NCBI GenBank assembly: GCA_039024555.1
Contig: JBCCQQ010000035.1
Location: 1 to 64,000 of the forward strand
Source of the DNA: Cyanobacteria bacterium P01_D01_bin.156
GTDB taxonomy: Bacteria > Cyanobacteriota > Cyanobacteriia > Phormidesmidales > Phormidesmidaceae
Direction: 5' to 3'
Length of the DNA: 64,000 bases
In this document: positions 1 through 9,278 of the stretch, in pieces
How positions within the stretch are numbered: the stretch's first letter is position 1
Layout: every line of letters begins with the position of its first letter
The notes under the pieces: model-generated
Told to the model about the DNA's origin: nothing
Databases searched by the model: none
Seen by the model: the letters and a program-made list of their open reading frames with translations, nothing else
Translations under genes and position numbers: made by a program

Positions 1-798
1 GCTAAAGGCCACGGCATAAACCGCGCTGCGATGGCCCTCCAGGGGGTCGCCGATGGGGTTGCCCTCCGGGTCCCATAGCCGCAGGGTGGTGTCAGCGCTG
101 CCGGAGACAATGCAATCTCCCTTGGGGCTAAAGGCCACGGCTCTAACCGAGCTGCGATGGCCCTCCAGGGGGTCGCCGATGGGGTTGCCCTCCAGGTCCC
201 ATAGCCGCAGGGTGGTGTCACGACTGCCGGAGACAATCCGATCCCCCTCGGGGCTAAAGGCCACGGCATCAACCGAGTTGCGATGGCCCTCCAGGGGGTC
301 GCCGATGGGGTTACCCTCCAGGTCCCACAGCCGCAGGGCGGTGTCATGGCTGCCGGAGACAATCCAATCTCCATCGGGGCTAAAGGCCACGGCATTAACC
401 GAGTCGCGATGGCCCTCCAGGGGGTCGTCGATGGGGTTGCCCTCCAGGTCCCACAGCCGCAGGGTGTTGTCAGAGCTGCCGGAGACAATGCGATTTCCAT
501 CGGGGCTAAAGGCCACGGCTCTAACCGAGCTGCGATGGCCCTGGAGGGGGTCGCCGATGGGGTTGCCCTCCAGGTCCCACAGCCGCAGGGTGTTGTCATT
601 GCTGCCGGAGACAATGCGATTTCCCTGAGGGCTAAAGGCCACGGCTCTAACCGAGCTGCGATGGCCCTGGAGGGGGTCGCCGATGGGGTTGCCCTCCAGG
701 TCCCACAGCCGCAGGGTGGAGTCAGAACTGCCGGAGACAATCCGATCCCCATCGGGGCTAAAGGCCACGGCCAAAACCGAGTCGCGATGGCCCTCTAG
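1..798 (-). repeat. Tandem 126-bp (42-aa) WD40-coding repeats, at least 6 full units, continuing beyond the window
   Basis: GCTAAAGGCCACGGC recurs at 1, 127, 253, 379, 505, 631 and 757. Confidence 0.97.
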
Positions 799-3165
799 CT
801 TTAGCCGTTCACAAATTTTCTGCCAGGTTTGGTTCAGGGCATACTGGGCCGAGTGTTTTACCTCATCCTTAAACGCCACCAGGCTATCGTTCACCGTGTC
901 CATGGCTTCCAGGGTGGCTTCTACGGTGTACTGAGGCAAGTTGATTAGCTTGTCACGAATTTTACGAGAGCGGTTCTGAATTTGAGCATCGGCTAAAGCC
1001 TTTTCCAACACTGCTTTTTTTCGCTGCTCTTGATTGTCACTACGGGTAAAAAATGTGCGCAGCCCCGTATCCAAAAGCACATCGTTTCGTGCTGTACCAG
1101 GCAGTTCCCTTAATTCTGCTAATAACCCGCTGGGTATCAGGTACTCTATCTGCCGGTCGTGCTCCATCCACTCCTCATAGGCATCCCGCGTCCGCTGCCC
1201 CAGCCGCTGCAAATCCCGATCCTCCTGACGCCAGTCAGCAAAATGCTGCCACCCATCCATCAGCGCCTCATGGGCAATATCCACATAGCGGTTTTCGTCA
1301 TCACCACCGGTCACCAGCAGCCGTGCCCCCACCAGCCGATCAATCACATAGTCAATCAGCTCTTTTTCGCTATCCGTCTGTCCCATAGCCAAGAGCTTTT
1401 CCCGGGGCTGCCGCTGCCGGGTATCCTTCCCTTCCTTACCAATGCGGATCAAACTTAAACAGATGCGACGGCACCAGCCCTGCTCATTCTTCGCCAACTG
1501 GTCATACACCTTTGTCGCCTGACTGTTTAGCGTCCCCTTCAGCCGGTCCATCGCCGCATAGGCATTCACCGTCAAACAATGGTTCTGCGTATCCCGCTGA
1601 TCCCACAGCGCTTCCAACGCAAATTCCAACAGCGGCAATGCATTACTCGCCACTTTCATATCATCGGCAATCAGCTGCAGCAAACCGTTCTCAATGCGGT
1701 GCCCCTGCACCAGTGCCGGTTTCTCCACTGCATCCAGCAGCGCCTGCCCCTGCAGCCGCCCCAGAAATACCGCATCTGCCTGAATTGCCTCGATCAGCTC
1801 CCCATAGCTCAGCCAGTCTGGCAAAAAGTCCGCCCGCATGGTGGTCACAATCGCCAGCGGCGAGTCTTCAACCCTGGCAATCTTTGTCAAGCAGTCGATA
1901 AACCATTGCTTTTCTAACTCTGACGAGCCTAGGGCAAAAACCTCTTCAAACTGGTCCACCACCAGCAATATTTTTTGGGTGTCGAGACTGTCCGGCAACA
2001 GCGCCACCGCCCCCAGCAAATCTTTCTCACCAATGCACTCCGCTATCCGGTTTATATCCCGACTGTGGCTCACCAACTGACAAAACGCATTTTTCAGCAT
2101 CGCCATAGGCTCTATCCCTGGCTTTATCGGCTCTAGAATCCGCCAATTTCCCATTTGCCGTAAAGCTGGCAGCAGCCCTGCCCGCACCACCGATGATTTA
2201 CCACTGCCCGACACCCCAATCACCGGCACAAAATTCGTTGCATTGAGCTTTGCCAGCAACAGCTCAATCTCTTTTTCGCGACCAAAAAAGAACGCTTTAG
2301 AATTTTCGTCAAATGCCTTTAGACCTTGATAGGGATTCTTTTCACTTATCTGGGCTTTGCGCTGAAGATCTGCCGCAACTGTGCCATGGCGAACAATCTC
2401 AATTGCCCGACCATGGCCCATCTGCAGGGGTTCTTGCTTTTCTGTTCTAAGCTGCCTAGGAACAATCTCAATTGCCCGACCATGGCCCATCTGCAGGGGT
2501 TCTTGCTTTTCTGTTCTAAGCTGCCTAGTAATATAGTCAAACAACCCCGTTGCCGTAATCGCCTCACCTTCCGGCGCATTCTCAGCAGCCAACCCACTCA
2601 GCACCGCTGCCGTAAATACGCTGTGCTCGGCACCACGCTTAGCCCAGGCAGACTCAGAACTGCGCGCAGCAGTCATAAAAAAGTAATCAGTCTTTTGACC
2701 AAAGCTAGTAAAACTCTGCTGAAACAGCCCCCGCTCAATTAGCCCCCCGCTGTGGCACGTATCCAACAGCAGCACTAAATTACTCAGGTCCGCCTTAGCA
2801 ATCAGCTTGTTAAAGTTCACAAACGGAATGCCATGGCGCTGCTCAACAATCGTGTTGTTTTCCCGTCGCACCCGACAGTTCGACGTAGCAATATAGCCCG
2901 TCTGCTCCTCAGTAAAGTCATCCTGCACCAAAAAGCTGTGGCCCGTAATGTAAATCAGCGCCTCATTTTTATGGGCCGTCTGCTGCAAAAAAGTTTTTAG
3001 CTGGGCAACAATTTCGTCGTAGTCTGCTGCTTCTAAAATCGACGTAATGCGATATCCACCAGTTTTTAATACCTGCGCCACTGCCTGGGCATCTGTTGCC
3101 GGTCGGGTCAGCTCATTAAAGTCACTGTAATCAGTCAGACCCATCACCAGGGCGTATTTGGCCAT
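1..3165 (-). CDS. Caspase-like (peptidase C14) + STAND (nSTAND1-type) NTPase + WD40-repeat protein; 3' end runs off the window
   Basis: Translated by hand from ATG at 3165; same frame down to base 1. Starts MAKYALVMGLTDY; His in YITGHS (2938-2940); Cys in LLDTCHSG (2755-2757); NPYQGLKAF..FFGRE; Walker A GVSGSGKSS (~2191-2217); Walker B LLVVDQFEE; LPLLEFAL; DIAHEAL; then GH..SV.AVAFSPDG.RIVSGS.D.TLRLWD repeats. Missing from the ORF track because there is no stop in the window. Confidence 0.92.
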   Translation of the reverse strand, partial: MAKYALVMGLTDYSDFNELTRPATDAQAVAQVLKTGGYRITSILEAADYDEIVAQLKTFLQQTAHKNEALIYITGHSFLVQDDFTEEQTGYIATSNCRVRRENNTIVEQRHGIPFVNFNKLIAKADLSNLVLLLDTCHSGGLIERGLFQQSFTSFGQKTDYFFMTAARSSESAWAKRGAEHSVFTAAVLSGLAAENAPEGEAITATGLFDYITRQLRTEKQEPLQMGHGRAIEIVPRQLRTEKQEPLQMGHGRAIEIVRHGTVAADLQRKAQISEKNPYQGLKAFDENSKAFFFGREKEIELLLAKLNATNFVPVIGVSGSGKSSVVRAGLLPALRQMGNWRILEPIKPGIEPMAMLKNAFCQLVSHSRDINRIAECIGEKDLLGAVALLPDSLDTQKILLVVDQFEEVFALGSSELEKQWFIDCLTKIARVEDSPLAIVTTMRADFLPDWLSYGELIEAIQADAVFLGRLQGQALLDAVEKPALVQGHRIENGLLQLIADDMKVASNALPLLEFALEALWDQRDTQNHCLTVNAYAAMDRLKGTLNSQATKVYDQLAKNEQGWCRRICLSLIRIGKEGKDTRQRQPREKLLAMGQTDSEKELIDYVIDRLVGARLLVTGGDDENRYVDIAHEALMDGWQHFADWRQEDRDLQRLGQRTRDAYEEWMEHDRQIEYLIPSGLLAELRELPGTARNDVLLDTGLRTFFTRSDNQEQRKKAVLEKALADAQIQNRSRKIRDKLINLPQYTVEATLEAMDTVNDSLVAFKDEVKHSAQYALNQTWQKICERLKLEGHRDSVLAVAFSPDGDRIVSGSSDSTLRLWDLEGNPIGDPLQGHRSSVRAVAFSPQGNRIVSGSNDNTLRLWDLEGNPIGDPLQGHRSSVRAVAFSPDGNRIVSGSSDNTLRLWDLEGNPIDDPLEGHRDSVNAVAFSPDGDWIVSGSHDTALRLWDLEGNPIGDPLEGHRNSVDAVAFSPEGDRIVSGSRDTTLRLWDLEGNPIGDPLEGHRSSVRAVAFSPKGDCIVSGSADTTLRLWDPEGNPIGDPLEGHRSAVYAVAFS
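2391..2528. repeat. Exact 69-bp in-frame tandem duplication inside the caspase-STAND gene
   Basis: 2391-2459 equals 2460-2528; RQLRTEKQEPLQMGHGRAIEIV is encoded twice. Confidence 0.95.
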
Positions 3166-3287
3166 AGCAAACAAACAAAGGCTTAAGGATCGACAAATCT
3201 ATCAATTTCTCCAAATACCATAGCGAAGATTCCCGATCCGGTCTGATAACAAATCTGAATTGATTGAACCCAATTCAAAAGCGGCAT

Positions 3288-3362
3288 GTAGGGGCACTCC
3301 CTTGCGAATGCCCCTCAATATCAATTGAAAACCCTGTAGGGGCACTCCCTTGTGGATGCCCC
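3288..3362 (+). repeat. Two GTAG-type REP-like palindromes
   Basis: GTAGGGGCACTCCCTTGCGAATGCCCC at 3288 and GTAGGGGCACTCCCTTGTGGATGCCCC at 3336; GTAG head plus GGGCA...TGCCC stem. Confidence 0.75.
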
Positions 3363-3426
3363 CGATATCAATCGCTATCAGCCAGGATTTTGTAGAACAT
3401 TCAGAAATTTTGTAACTCCTCAACCC

Positions 3427-3825
3427 ATGAGCATCATTCAGCCCTATGTCGTCCAAGACGAAGACACCGGCACAGAATACACCGTCTACATCCAAACCGA
3501 TGATGAAGTAATACCTAAGACACCCGGCAAAGATGCAAAACGTGACGGAGGTCTCTGGGACGAAAACGAATCTTACGGGCCTAACTCAACCCGTTCTACA
3601 GTCTCCAAAGAAACCTTGGTCAAACTACGGGAAGTCAACGGCACCATTCGCACCTATGCCAAATTCGTCATCGACGCCTTCAAAAATATGGGTGGCGCGG
3701 AAGTCGAAGAACTCAACTTCAAATTTGGCCTCAAATTTAGCGGCGGCGCTAACGTCCCCGTTCTGGTTAAAGGCTCCGCCGAAAGCAATTTTGAGGTCGA
3801 AGTGAAATGTAAATTTCCCAAATAA
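3427..3825 (+). CDS. Trypco1 / CU044_2847-like peptidase-co-occurring protein
   Basis: C-terminal VEELNFKFGLKFSGGANVPVLVKGSAESNFEVEVKC matches the family pattern (E.EFG.K..GE.G.P...KG..E.N..V...W/C). ATG at 3427 preferred because the longer start at 3352 lies inside a REP. Confidence 0.75.
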   Translation: MSIIQPYVVQDEDTGTEYTVYIQTDDEVIPKTPGKDAKRDGGLWDENESYGPNSTRSTVSKETLVKLREVNGTIRTYAKFVIDAFKNMGGAEVEELNFKFGLKFSGGANVPVLVKGSAESNFEVEVKCKFPK

Positions 3826-3847
3826 ATCTTTATTATTCCAGCATTTT

Positions 3848-3956
3848 GTAGGGGAACGCCCTTGTGGATGCCCTCGATAACCTGCGCAATCATCCCGTAT
3901 CACCCTCGGCAAATGGCCAAACTATCGATGGGTTGGCACAAGGCACAACCCCTGCA
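3848..3956. repeat. REP-like palindrome (3848-3874) plus a degenerate inverted copy (3931-3956)
   Basis: GTAGGGGAACGCCCTTGTGGATGCCC on +; GCAGGGGTTGTGCCTTGTGCCAACC on -. Confidence 0.6.
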
Positions 3957-3981
3957 GGGTTTTATCAAACCCTATGAACAC

Positions 3982-4011
3982 AAAATTGCCCCAGGTATAC
4001 ACCTGAGGCAA
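3982..4011 (-). terminator. Intrinsic terminator of ftsH
   Basis: TTGCCCCAGGT-ATAC-ACCTGAGGCAA stem followed by a T run on the minus strand. Confidence 0.6.
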
Positions 4012-4048
4012 CCCACACTACTAAAAATGGTTGAAGCGAAGGGTAAAT

Positions 4049-5905
4049 CTAAACCGCCATTGCCTCTAATGACTTAATCTGAGCTAACATCTCCCGCAGC
4101 GTTTCCCCTTCAATCACTTCTTCTTTAAGCAACTGCTGCGAAATTGTCTCTAGCAGGTCTCGATTGCCACGAAGAATGGCCAATGCCCGCTCATGGGCAG
4201 CTTCCACCAAGCCCTTCACTTCGGCATCAATCGCTCGGGCTGTAGTTTCACTCATGTTGCGCCGCGCATTGGGCATACCACTATCCAAAAAGGAATTTTG
4301 CTGCCCCTTGTCATAGGCCAATGGCCCCAACACCTCGCTCATGCCGTAGGTAGTGACCATTTGCTCTGCAACTTCCGTTGCCCGCTGCAGATCGTTGGCA
4401 GCACCGGTAGTAATAGATCCAAATACGACTTCCTCAGCCGAACGACCGCCCAACAGTGTGGCAATCTGACCTTTTAGTTCATCAGCACTCCGCAAGAACC
4501 GATCTTCCGTTGGAAGCTGAAGCGTATACCCCAGGGCGGCCATGCCGCGAGGAACGATGGAGATTTTTTCTACCTGGCCACCGCCCTCCATGAGAGCCCC
4601 CACCATGGCATGCCCCACTTCGTGGTAAGCAACGATTTCCTTCTCTTTCTCGTTCAGGACCCGGCTTTTTTTCTCTAGACCTGCCACTACACGCTCAATG
4701 GCTTCGGCAAAGTCGGCCTGTTCCACAGCCTGACGATTGTTGCGGGCAGCGAGCAGTGCCGCTTCATTCACCAGGTTGGCCAGATCGGCACCAGCAAACC
4801 CCGGTGTGCGGGTAGCAATGACGTTTAGGTCTACGGTATCCCCCAATTTCACTTCCTGGGCGTGAATTTCCAAAATCGCCTGACGCCCTTTCAGGTCAGG
4901 ACGGTCTACCAGCACCTGCCGGTCAAAGCGACCGGGGCGGAGTAGTGCCTGGTCTAAGGTTTCAGGACGGTTTGTAGCGGCTAACACAATAATGGTGTTG
5001 TCCCCAGCACTAAAGCCATCCATTTCGGTAAGGAGCTGATTTAAGGTTTGCTCCCGTTCATCATTACCGCCGTAGAAACCACCAGAAGCTCGTGACTTAC
5101 CAATGGCATCTAGCTCATCGATAAAGATAATGCAGGGGGCCTGCTTTTTGGCTTGCTCGAATAGGTCGCGCACGCGAGAAGAGCCCACCCCCACAAACAT
5201 TTCGATAAATTCTGAACCGGAAATGCTGAAAAATGGGACACCCGCTTCTCCAGCGACAGCTTTGGCCAGTAGAGTTTTACCGGTTCCCGGAGGGCCTACG
5301 AGCAAAACACCTTTGGGAATTTTGGCTCCAATATCAGTAAAGCGCTTAGGAGTTTTGAGGAAATCAACGATTTCTACCAGTTCGGTTTTAGCTTCTTCGA
5401 CACCGGCCACATCCTCAAAGGTGATTTTGGTGTCTTCATCTTCGACATACACCTTGGCTTTGCTTTTACCAATGGACAAGGCACCCTGGGGACCACCCCC
5501 CCGAGCCAAGAAGAACCGCCACACGGCCACAAAGATTAATGGTGGCAATACCCAGCTGAGTAGGCTACCAATCCACTGATTTTGAGAGGGAGGAATGGCA
5601 GCAAACTCGACACCATTTGCTTCTAGTAAATCTGGCAACTTCAGATCAAAAATGGGGGTCGTTGAGTAGATAGCACCGGGTTCACCTAATTCATTTTTAA
5701 CCTGATACCGAATTTCGTTTTGCCCCACTGAAGCGGTCACAACTTCTTGTTCCTGCACCTGATGAATAAACATACTGTAGGGGGTGCGGGGAGTACGCTG
5801 AACGGGCAAAAAGATATTTACCGTCAGTAGGATTGCCCCCAGCAAAAACAGTAAGTTACTGATTTGGCGGGAGCGTGGCGGGCGTGGGTCCTTGTTTACC
5901 GGCAT
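4049..5905 (-). CDS. ftsH: ATP-dependent zinc metalloprotease FtsH (FtsH4 type)
   Basis: Two N-terminal TM segments, [32 protein letters not shown]; the N-terminal [16 protein letters not shown] segment is typical of cyanobacterial FtsH4. Confidence 0.97.
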   Translation of the reverse strand: MPVNKDPRPPRSRQISNLLFLLGAILLTVNIFLPVQRTPRTPYSMFIHQVQEQEVVTASVGQNEIRYQVKNELGEPGAIYSTTPIFDLKLPDLLEANGVEFAAIPPSQNQWIGSLLSWVLPPLIFVAVWRFFLARGGGPQGALSIGKSKAKVYVEDEDTKITFEDVAGVEEAKTELVEIVDFLKTPKRFTDIGAKIPKGVLLVGPPGTGKTLLAKAVAGEAGVPFFSISGSEFIEMFVGVGSSRVRDLFEQAKKQAPCIIFIDELDAIGKSRASGGFYGGNDEREQTLNQLLTEMDGFSAGDNTIIVLAATNRPETLDQALLRPGRFDRQVLVDRPDLKGRQAILEIHAQEVKLGDTVDLNVIATRTPGFAGADLANLVNEAALLAARNNRQAVEQADFAEAIERVVAGLEKKSRVLNEKEKEIVAYHEVGHAMVGALMEGGGQVEKISIVPRGMAALGYTLQLPTEDRFLRSADELKGQIATLLGGRSAEEVVFGSITTGAANDLQRATEVAEQMVTTYGMSEVLGPLAYDKGQQNSFLDSGMPNARRNMSETTARAIDAEVKGLVEAAHERALAILRGNRDLLETISQQLLKEEVIEGETLREMLAQIKSLEAMAV

Positions 5906-6038
5906 AGCCTGAAGCTCCTTACAGATGTGTCCTCAGCCTATCAATGGGGCTGACGAAAAAGTAAATTGAAAACCGTACCCGATCGGTTGGGTTTCCAACG
6001 CTTTAAAGCACAAATTCCCTCGCTAAGTGTGGAACTTT

Positions 6039-7613
6039 CTATAGCTGCGCACCGATGTGGATTGCTAGGGCTTGATAGGGTTGCACTGTGATTTGGGCAT
6101 TCCCCAAACTGTCCACTTCAATAATTTCAGTGTCACAGCCTGGGGAAAGACTATTGGGTTCCATGGTGACTTCTGAGTCAACCATGTCAAGCATAGGCTC
6201 CGCCAAGATGTTGCAATATACCCCTGCTGACAGACCGGTCATCAAAGTCGCTTCTAATACGGTGTCTTCATTATTGATAGCGACAAACCCGCGCTGTCCT
6301 CGGGCAAAGGCTATTTGGTTATTACCGTTGTCCCACCAATGCTCGACTGTGGATGCTCCTTGGGTCACATTGCGGAACTCAACCATGTTGGCAATCTGGG
6401 GCCAACGATGTTCACACACCCAGCCATCACCACAGCTTACAGGTAAAGTATTTCCTTGGTCATCGGCTGGGGGACCAGCTGCAGTGCCCACTTCTCGGGT
6501 CCAGTCGTAGCTAGACATGACACGGGGCGTACCGTAGGGCCAGGCCAACATAAAAATATTGGCTAATCGATAGCGGGCACCGTTATCCGGTGGCGCAAAG
6601 AAAGTAACAATGTTGCGATCGCGGCTCCGCTGGGTGACGTGATTATCCGTAAACACCACCGCCTTATGGCTCGGCATTAATCCCCACGCTTCTCCAAACA
6701 GCACTAAATTTTTAAGCTGTCCGTAACGTACCTGCTCACCCAAATGACGGCCATAGCCAAACTCTGTTACTGCACCATGGGTAAAATAAGCGCTCGACTG
6801 AATAGGCTCAGCCCCCTTACGAGCAACTTCTTGGTAGATAAATGGACGGGCACCATGCCCATGAAACTTAGGGTTCAGGGGCTTTAATTGCCGCAAAATC
6901 TTTGCTAAGTGGTCCGGCGAAATCTGCTCAGCAGCATTAATGTGGAAACCGGCCACACCTATTGCCAGCAGCTCATTCATAGCAGCTGCGATCTCAGTCT
7001 GCACCTTTTCACTGTCCGTTTCTAAATCCTGCTTATTCAGCAATTGACAGGACGGCTCCTCCCTATCATCAGACAACTCAATCGTACAGGTCCCGTTAAA
7101 ATCGCCTGGGTCATAGGGCACAGCACTAGATTGAGAGGTATCAAATTTACTTCCCTCACTGCCCTGGTAGGCACCGGCACTTGCTATGTGATTAATTACC
7201 ACATCGGCGTAGACCTTAACCCCGGCACGATGGCAGCGGTTCACCATATTGGCTAACTCAGAGCGATCACCACTGCGGCTCGATAATTTATAACTCACAC
7301 GCTCATATCGCTGATACCAGGGAAATGCGTTAGGCCCCTCGTCAATCACACGATGCTCATGGGGAGGCGAAATTTGTACAGCACCATAACCAAGGGGACC
7401 TAGCCACGCCTCACACTCTTGGGCAATGTCAGCCCAGCGCCACTCAAATAGCTGTACCATCACTGACCGCGAACTAGTAGGAAACGATCGACCACCGGTC
7501 GCTGGAGGCAACTGAGCCGCGACCTGACATCCCCCCAATCCCAGGGCAAATGCTATGGCGGCATATCGTCTGACAAGTTGAGCCAGACCCCCTGAAACTA
7601 CCCCAGGGTGCAC
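6039..7613 (-). CDS. GH13 alpha-amylase-like protein (animal/actinobacterial type), probable lipoprotein, predicted catalytically inactive
   Basis: VQLFEWRW, QISPP, DVVINH, YQEV, WPYG.PRVMSSY, WVCEHRW, WWDNGNNQIAFARG; lipobox-like LGGC; region II reads GFHINAAEQ and region IV reads FTDNHV. Confidence 0.88.
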   Translation of the reverse strand: MHPGVVSGGLAQLVRRYAAIAFALGLGGCQVAAQLPPATGGRSFPTSSRSVMVQLFEWRWADIAQECEAWLGPLGYGAVQISPPHEHRVIDEGPNAFPWYQRYERVSYKLSSRSGDRSELANMVNRCHRAGVKVYADVVINHIASAGAYQGSEGSKFDTSQSSAVPYDPGDFNGTCTIELSDDREEPSCQLLNKQDLETDSEKVQTEIAAAMNELLAIGVAGFHINAAEQISPDHLAKILRQLKPLNPKFHGHGARPFIYQEVARKGAEPIQSSAYFTHGAVTEFGYGRHLGEQVRYGQLKNLVLFGEAWGLMPSHKAVVFTDNHVTQRSRDRNIVTFFAPPDNGARYRLANIFMLAWPYGTPRVMSSYDWTREVGTAAGPPADDQGNTLPVSCGDGWVCEHRWPQIANMVEFRNVTQGASTVEHWWDNGNNQIAFARGQRGFVAINNEDTVLEATLMTGLSAGVYCNILAEPMLDMVDSEVTMEPNSLSPGCDTEIIEVDSLGNAQITVQPYQALAIHIGAQL

Positions 7614-7830
7614 CGAGTGCTACTATCTGCGATCGCAGATAAACTAATCACGTTGTCAAACACCATACGTATTACATAGCCCCAAAGTAAGGTTTGCAGT
7701 GACCCTTAAGCCAGTATTTATCGGGATGACCGATCAGCTTAGCAAGTAATATTTTTTACATAGATTACGATACCCGAGTTGGACTTCTTGAGATCTTTTT
7801 AGACTTTCGAACTCTACATTACCCAATACA

Positions 7831-7872
7831 AAAACCTGCTCCTAGGGGGGGAACACCCCTAAAAACAGGTTT
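7831..7872 (-). terminator. Probable petJ terminator hairpin
   Basis: AAACCTG..TAGGGG/CCCCTA..CAGGTTT with a T run on the minus strand. Confidence 0.5.
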
Positions 7873-7947
7873 GAGAGTCAAATATTTAACGTTTTACTTA
7901 AGTAAAAACCGTAGCCTCACAATAGGCAGACGATTCAAGCAACTTAG

Positions 7948-8277
7948 TTACCAACCCTTGTCAGCCTGAGAAAGCACGTACGCGGCTACATTTTCAATCT
8001 GCTCAGGCGTTAAACGACCACCAAACGGCGGCATGCCGCCATTGCCATTGGTAACCTGGGTAATAATGGCTTCGGGAGTGTCCTTACCGTACTGCACTAG
8101 GTCATCCTTCTTTAGGGTTTTAGCAGGATTAACCGCGTTACCGCCACCAATATGGCAAGCGGCACAGTTAGCGGAAAATACCTGAGCACCTGCGGCTGCA
8201 TCAGCGGCCATAGCAGGGGATGCGAAGAAAATAGCACTGGCCACAAACGCTACAAACGCAGTCAAAATAGATTTCAT
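7948..8277 (-). CDS. petJ: Cytochrome c6
   Basis: Signal peptide, FSANCAACH heme motif, QVTNG.G.MPPFGGRL, terminal KGW. Confidence 0.95.
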   Translation of the reverse strand: MKSILTAFVAFVASAIFFASPAMAADAAAGAQVFSANCAACHIGGGNAVNPAKTLKKDDLVQYGKDTPEAIITQVTNGNGGMPPFGGRLTPEQIENVAAYVLSQADKGW

Positions 8278-8378
8278 CGGGTCCTCCTCTCAAAACAAGG
8301 TTTAAGAGCAAACACTCAACAAGCAAGAATTTGTTTACTCAAAAAGCATCATCAGCAGTTTGCCTGACCCAAATCCAA

Positions 8379-8391
8379 TGACAATCAGTCA
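8379..8391. promoter_or_regulatory. Palindrome TGAC-N5-GTCA, candidate copper-switch (PetR) operator
   Basis: TGACAATCAGTCA in the petJ/petE divergent intergenic region; assignment to PetR is inference. Confidence 0.4.
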
Positions 8392-8703
8392 AAGATAAAC
8401 AAATGTAACTTTATAAAGACTTAGGCTTTGAAAGGTTTGCCATAACAGCACGGCAACTGTACTGACATCTAAAGAACGCCTAAAGCCTTCTATTACGAGG
8501 CGTTGATTACAAAATACATTTCCTGCTAAACAGGTCTGCTTTCTCTAAACGCACTCATAAAGCCGACGCTAGCAGACAAAACCCCGGTAAAAACACTTTA
8601 TTTTTAGTTTCTTTGCCTACGGAGACAGCAGGCATTCTAAAATAACGAAGCATACGTAGTTAAGCTTTTTAACTACACCTAAACTCAACCTTGAGAAATT
8701 ACC

Positions 8704-9108
8704 ATGACCTTTATCAACCGAGCTTTGCGAGCTATGGGTGCATTGCTGGTAACAGCTGCCCTAGTTTTTGCTAGCACTGTTTTTAACGCAGCTCCTGCTT
8801 ACGCAACTGATCACACAGTTAAGATGGGCTCCGATGCAGGTCTGCTTCAGTTTGAACCTGCCACTATCACCATCAAGGCTGGCGACACCGTCACTTGGGT
8901 CAACAATAAGATGGCCCCCCATAACGTTATTTTCGACGCCGCTGCAGTACCCGGTGGCAAGTCTGTCGCTGATAGCCTCTCCCAAGAGCAGCTAACTTTT
9001 GCGCCTGGTGAGTCCTATTCCTCCACATTCAGTGATGCTGGTGAGTATAGCTACTTCTGTGCCCCTCACCGTGGCGCTGGCATGGTAGGCAAGATTATTG
9101 TTGAATAA
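8704..9108 (+). CDS. petE: Plastocyanin
   Basis: Signal peptide, PHNVIFD, Cu ligands in [13 protein letters not shown]. Confidence 0.97.
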   Translation: MTFINRALRAMGALLVTAALVFASTVFNAAPAYATDHTVKMGSDAGLLQFEPATITIKAGDTVTWVNNKMAPHNVIFDAAAVPGGKSVADSLSQEQLTFAPGESYSSTFSDAGEYSYFCAPHRGAGMVGKIIVE

Positions 9109-9143
9109 TCTGTTTAACCGCTAATTTTAATTGAATTAGTTTC

Positions 9144-9178
9144 AAGGCCGATTTCCATTTCGATGGGATCGGCTTTTT
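9144..9178 (+). terminator. petE terminator
   Basis: GCCGAT..CCAT/ATGG.ATCGGC stem followed by TTTTT. Confidence 0.65.
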
Positions 9179-9278
9179 GCATGACGGCATCTGCTTTCGG
9201 GGTAGCCACTTGAGACGGAGAACCTTTGCTAGGGCTAAATTCGGATGTCGGAGAATCAATCCTGCTTTGTGCGGCCTG

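Noticed and set aside
1..798. Regularly spaced repeats as a possible CRISPR array
   Set aside because: Contiguous 126-bp coding units with no unique spacers, and no cas genes in the window
53..2742. Many plus-strand ORFs, including repetitive ones at 53-628 and 283-798
   Set aside because: Antisense shadows of the minus-strand caspase-STAND-WD40 gene
1..6600. No HIP1 octamer noticed in the left-hand accessory region
   Set aside because: HIP1 is sparse throughout the window, so the gap is weak evidence of foreign origin
7624..7641. 18-bp perfect palindrome TATCTGCGATCGCAGATA before the amylase-like gene
   Set aside because: Centred on a common HIP1 octamer, so a chance extension cannot be excluded
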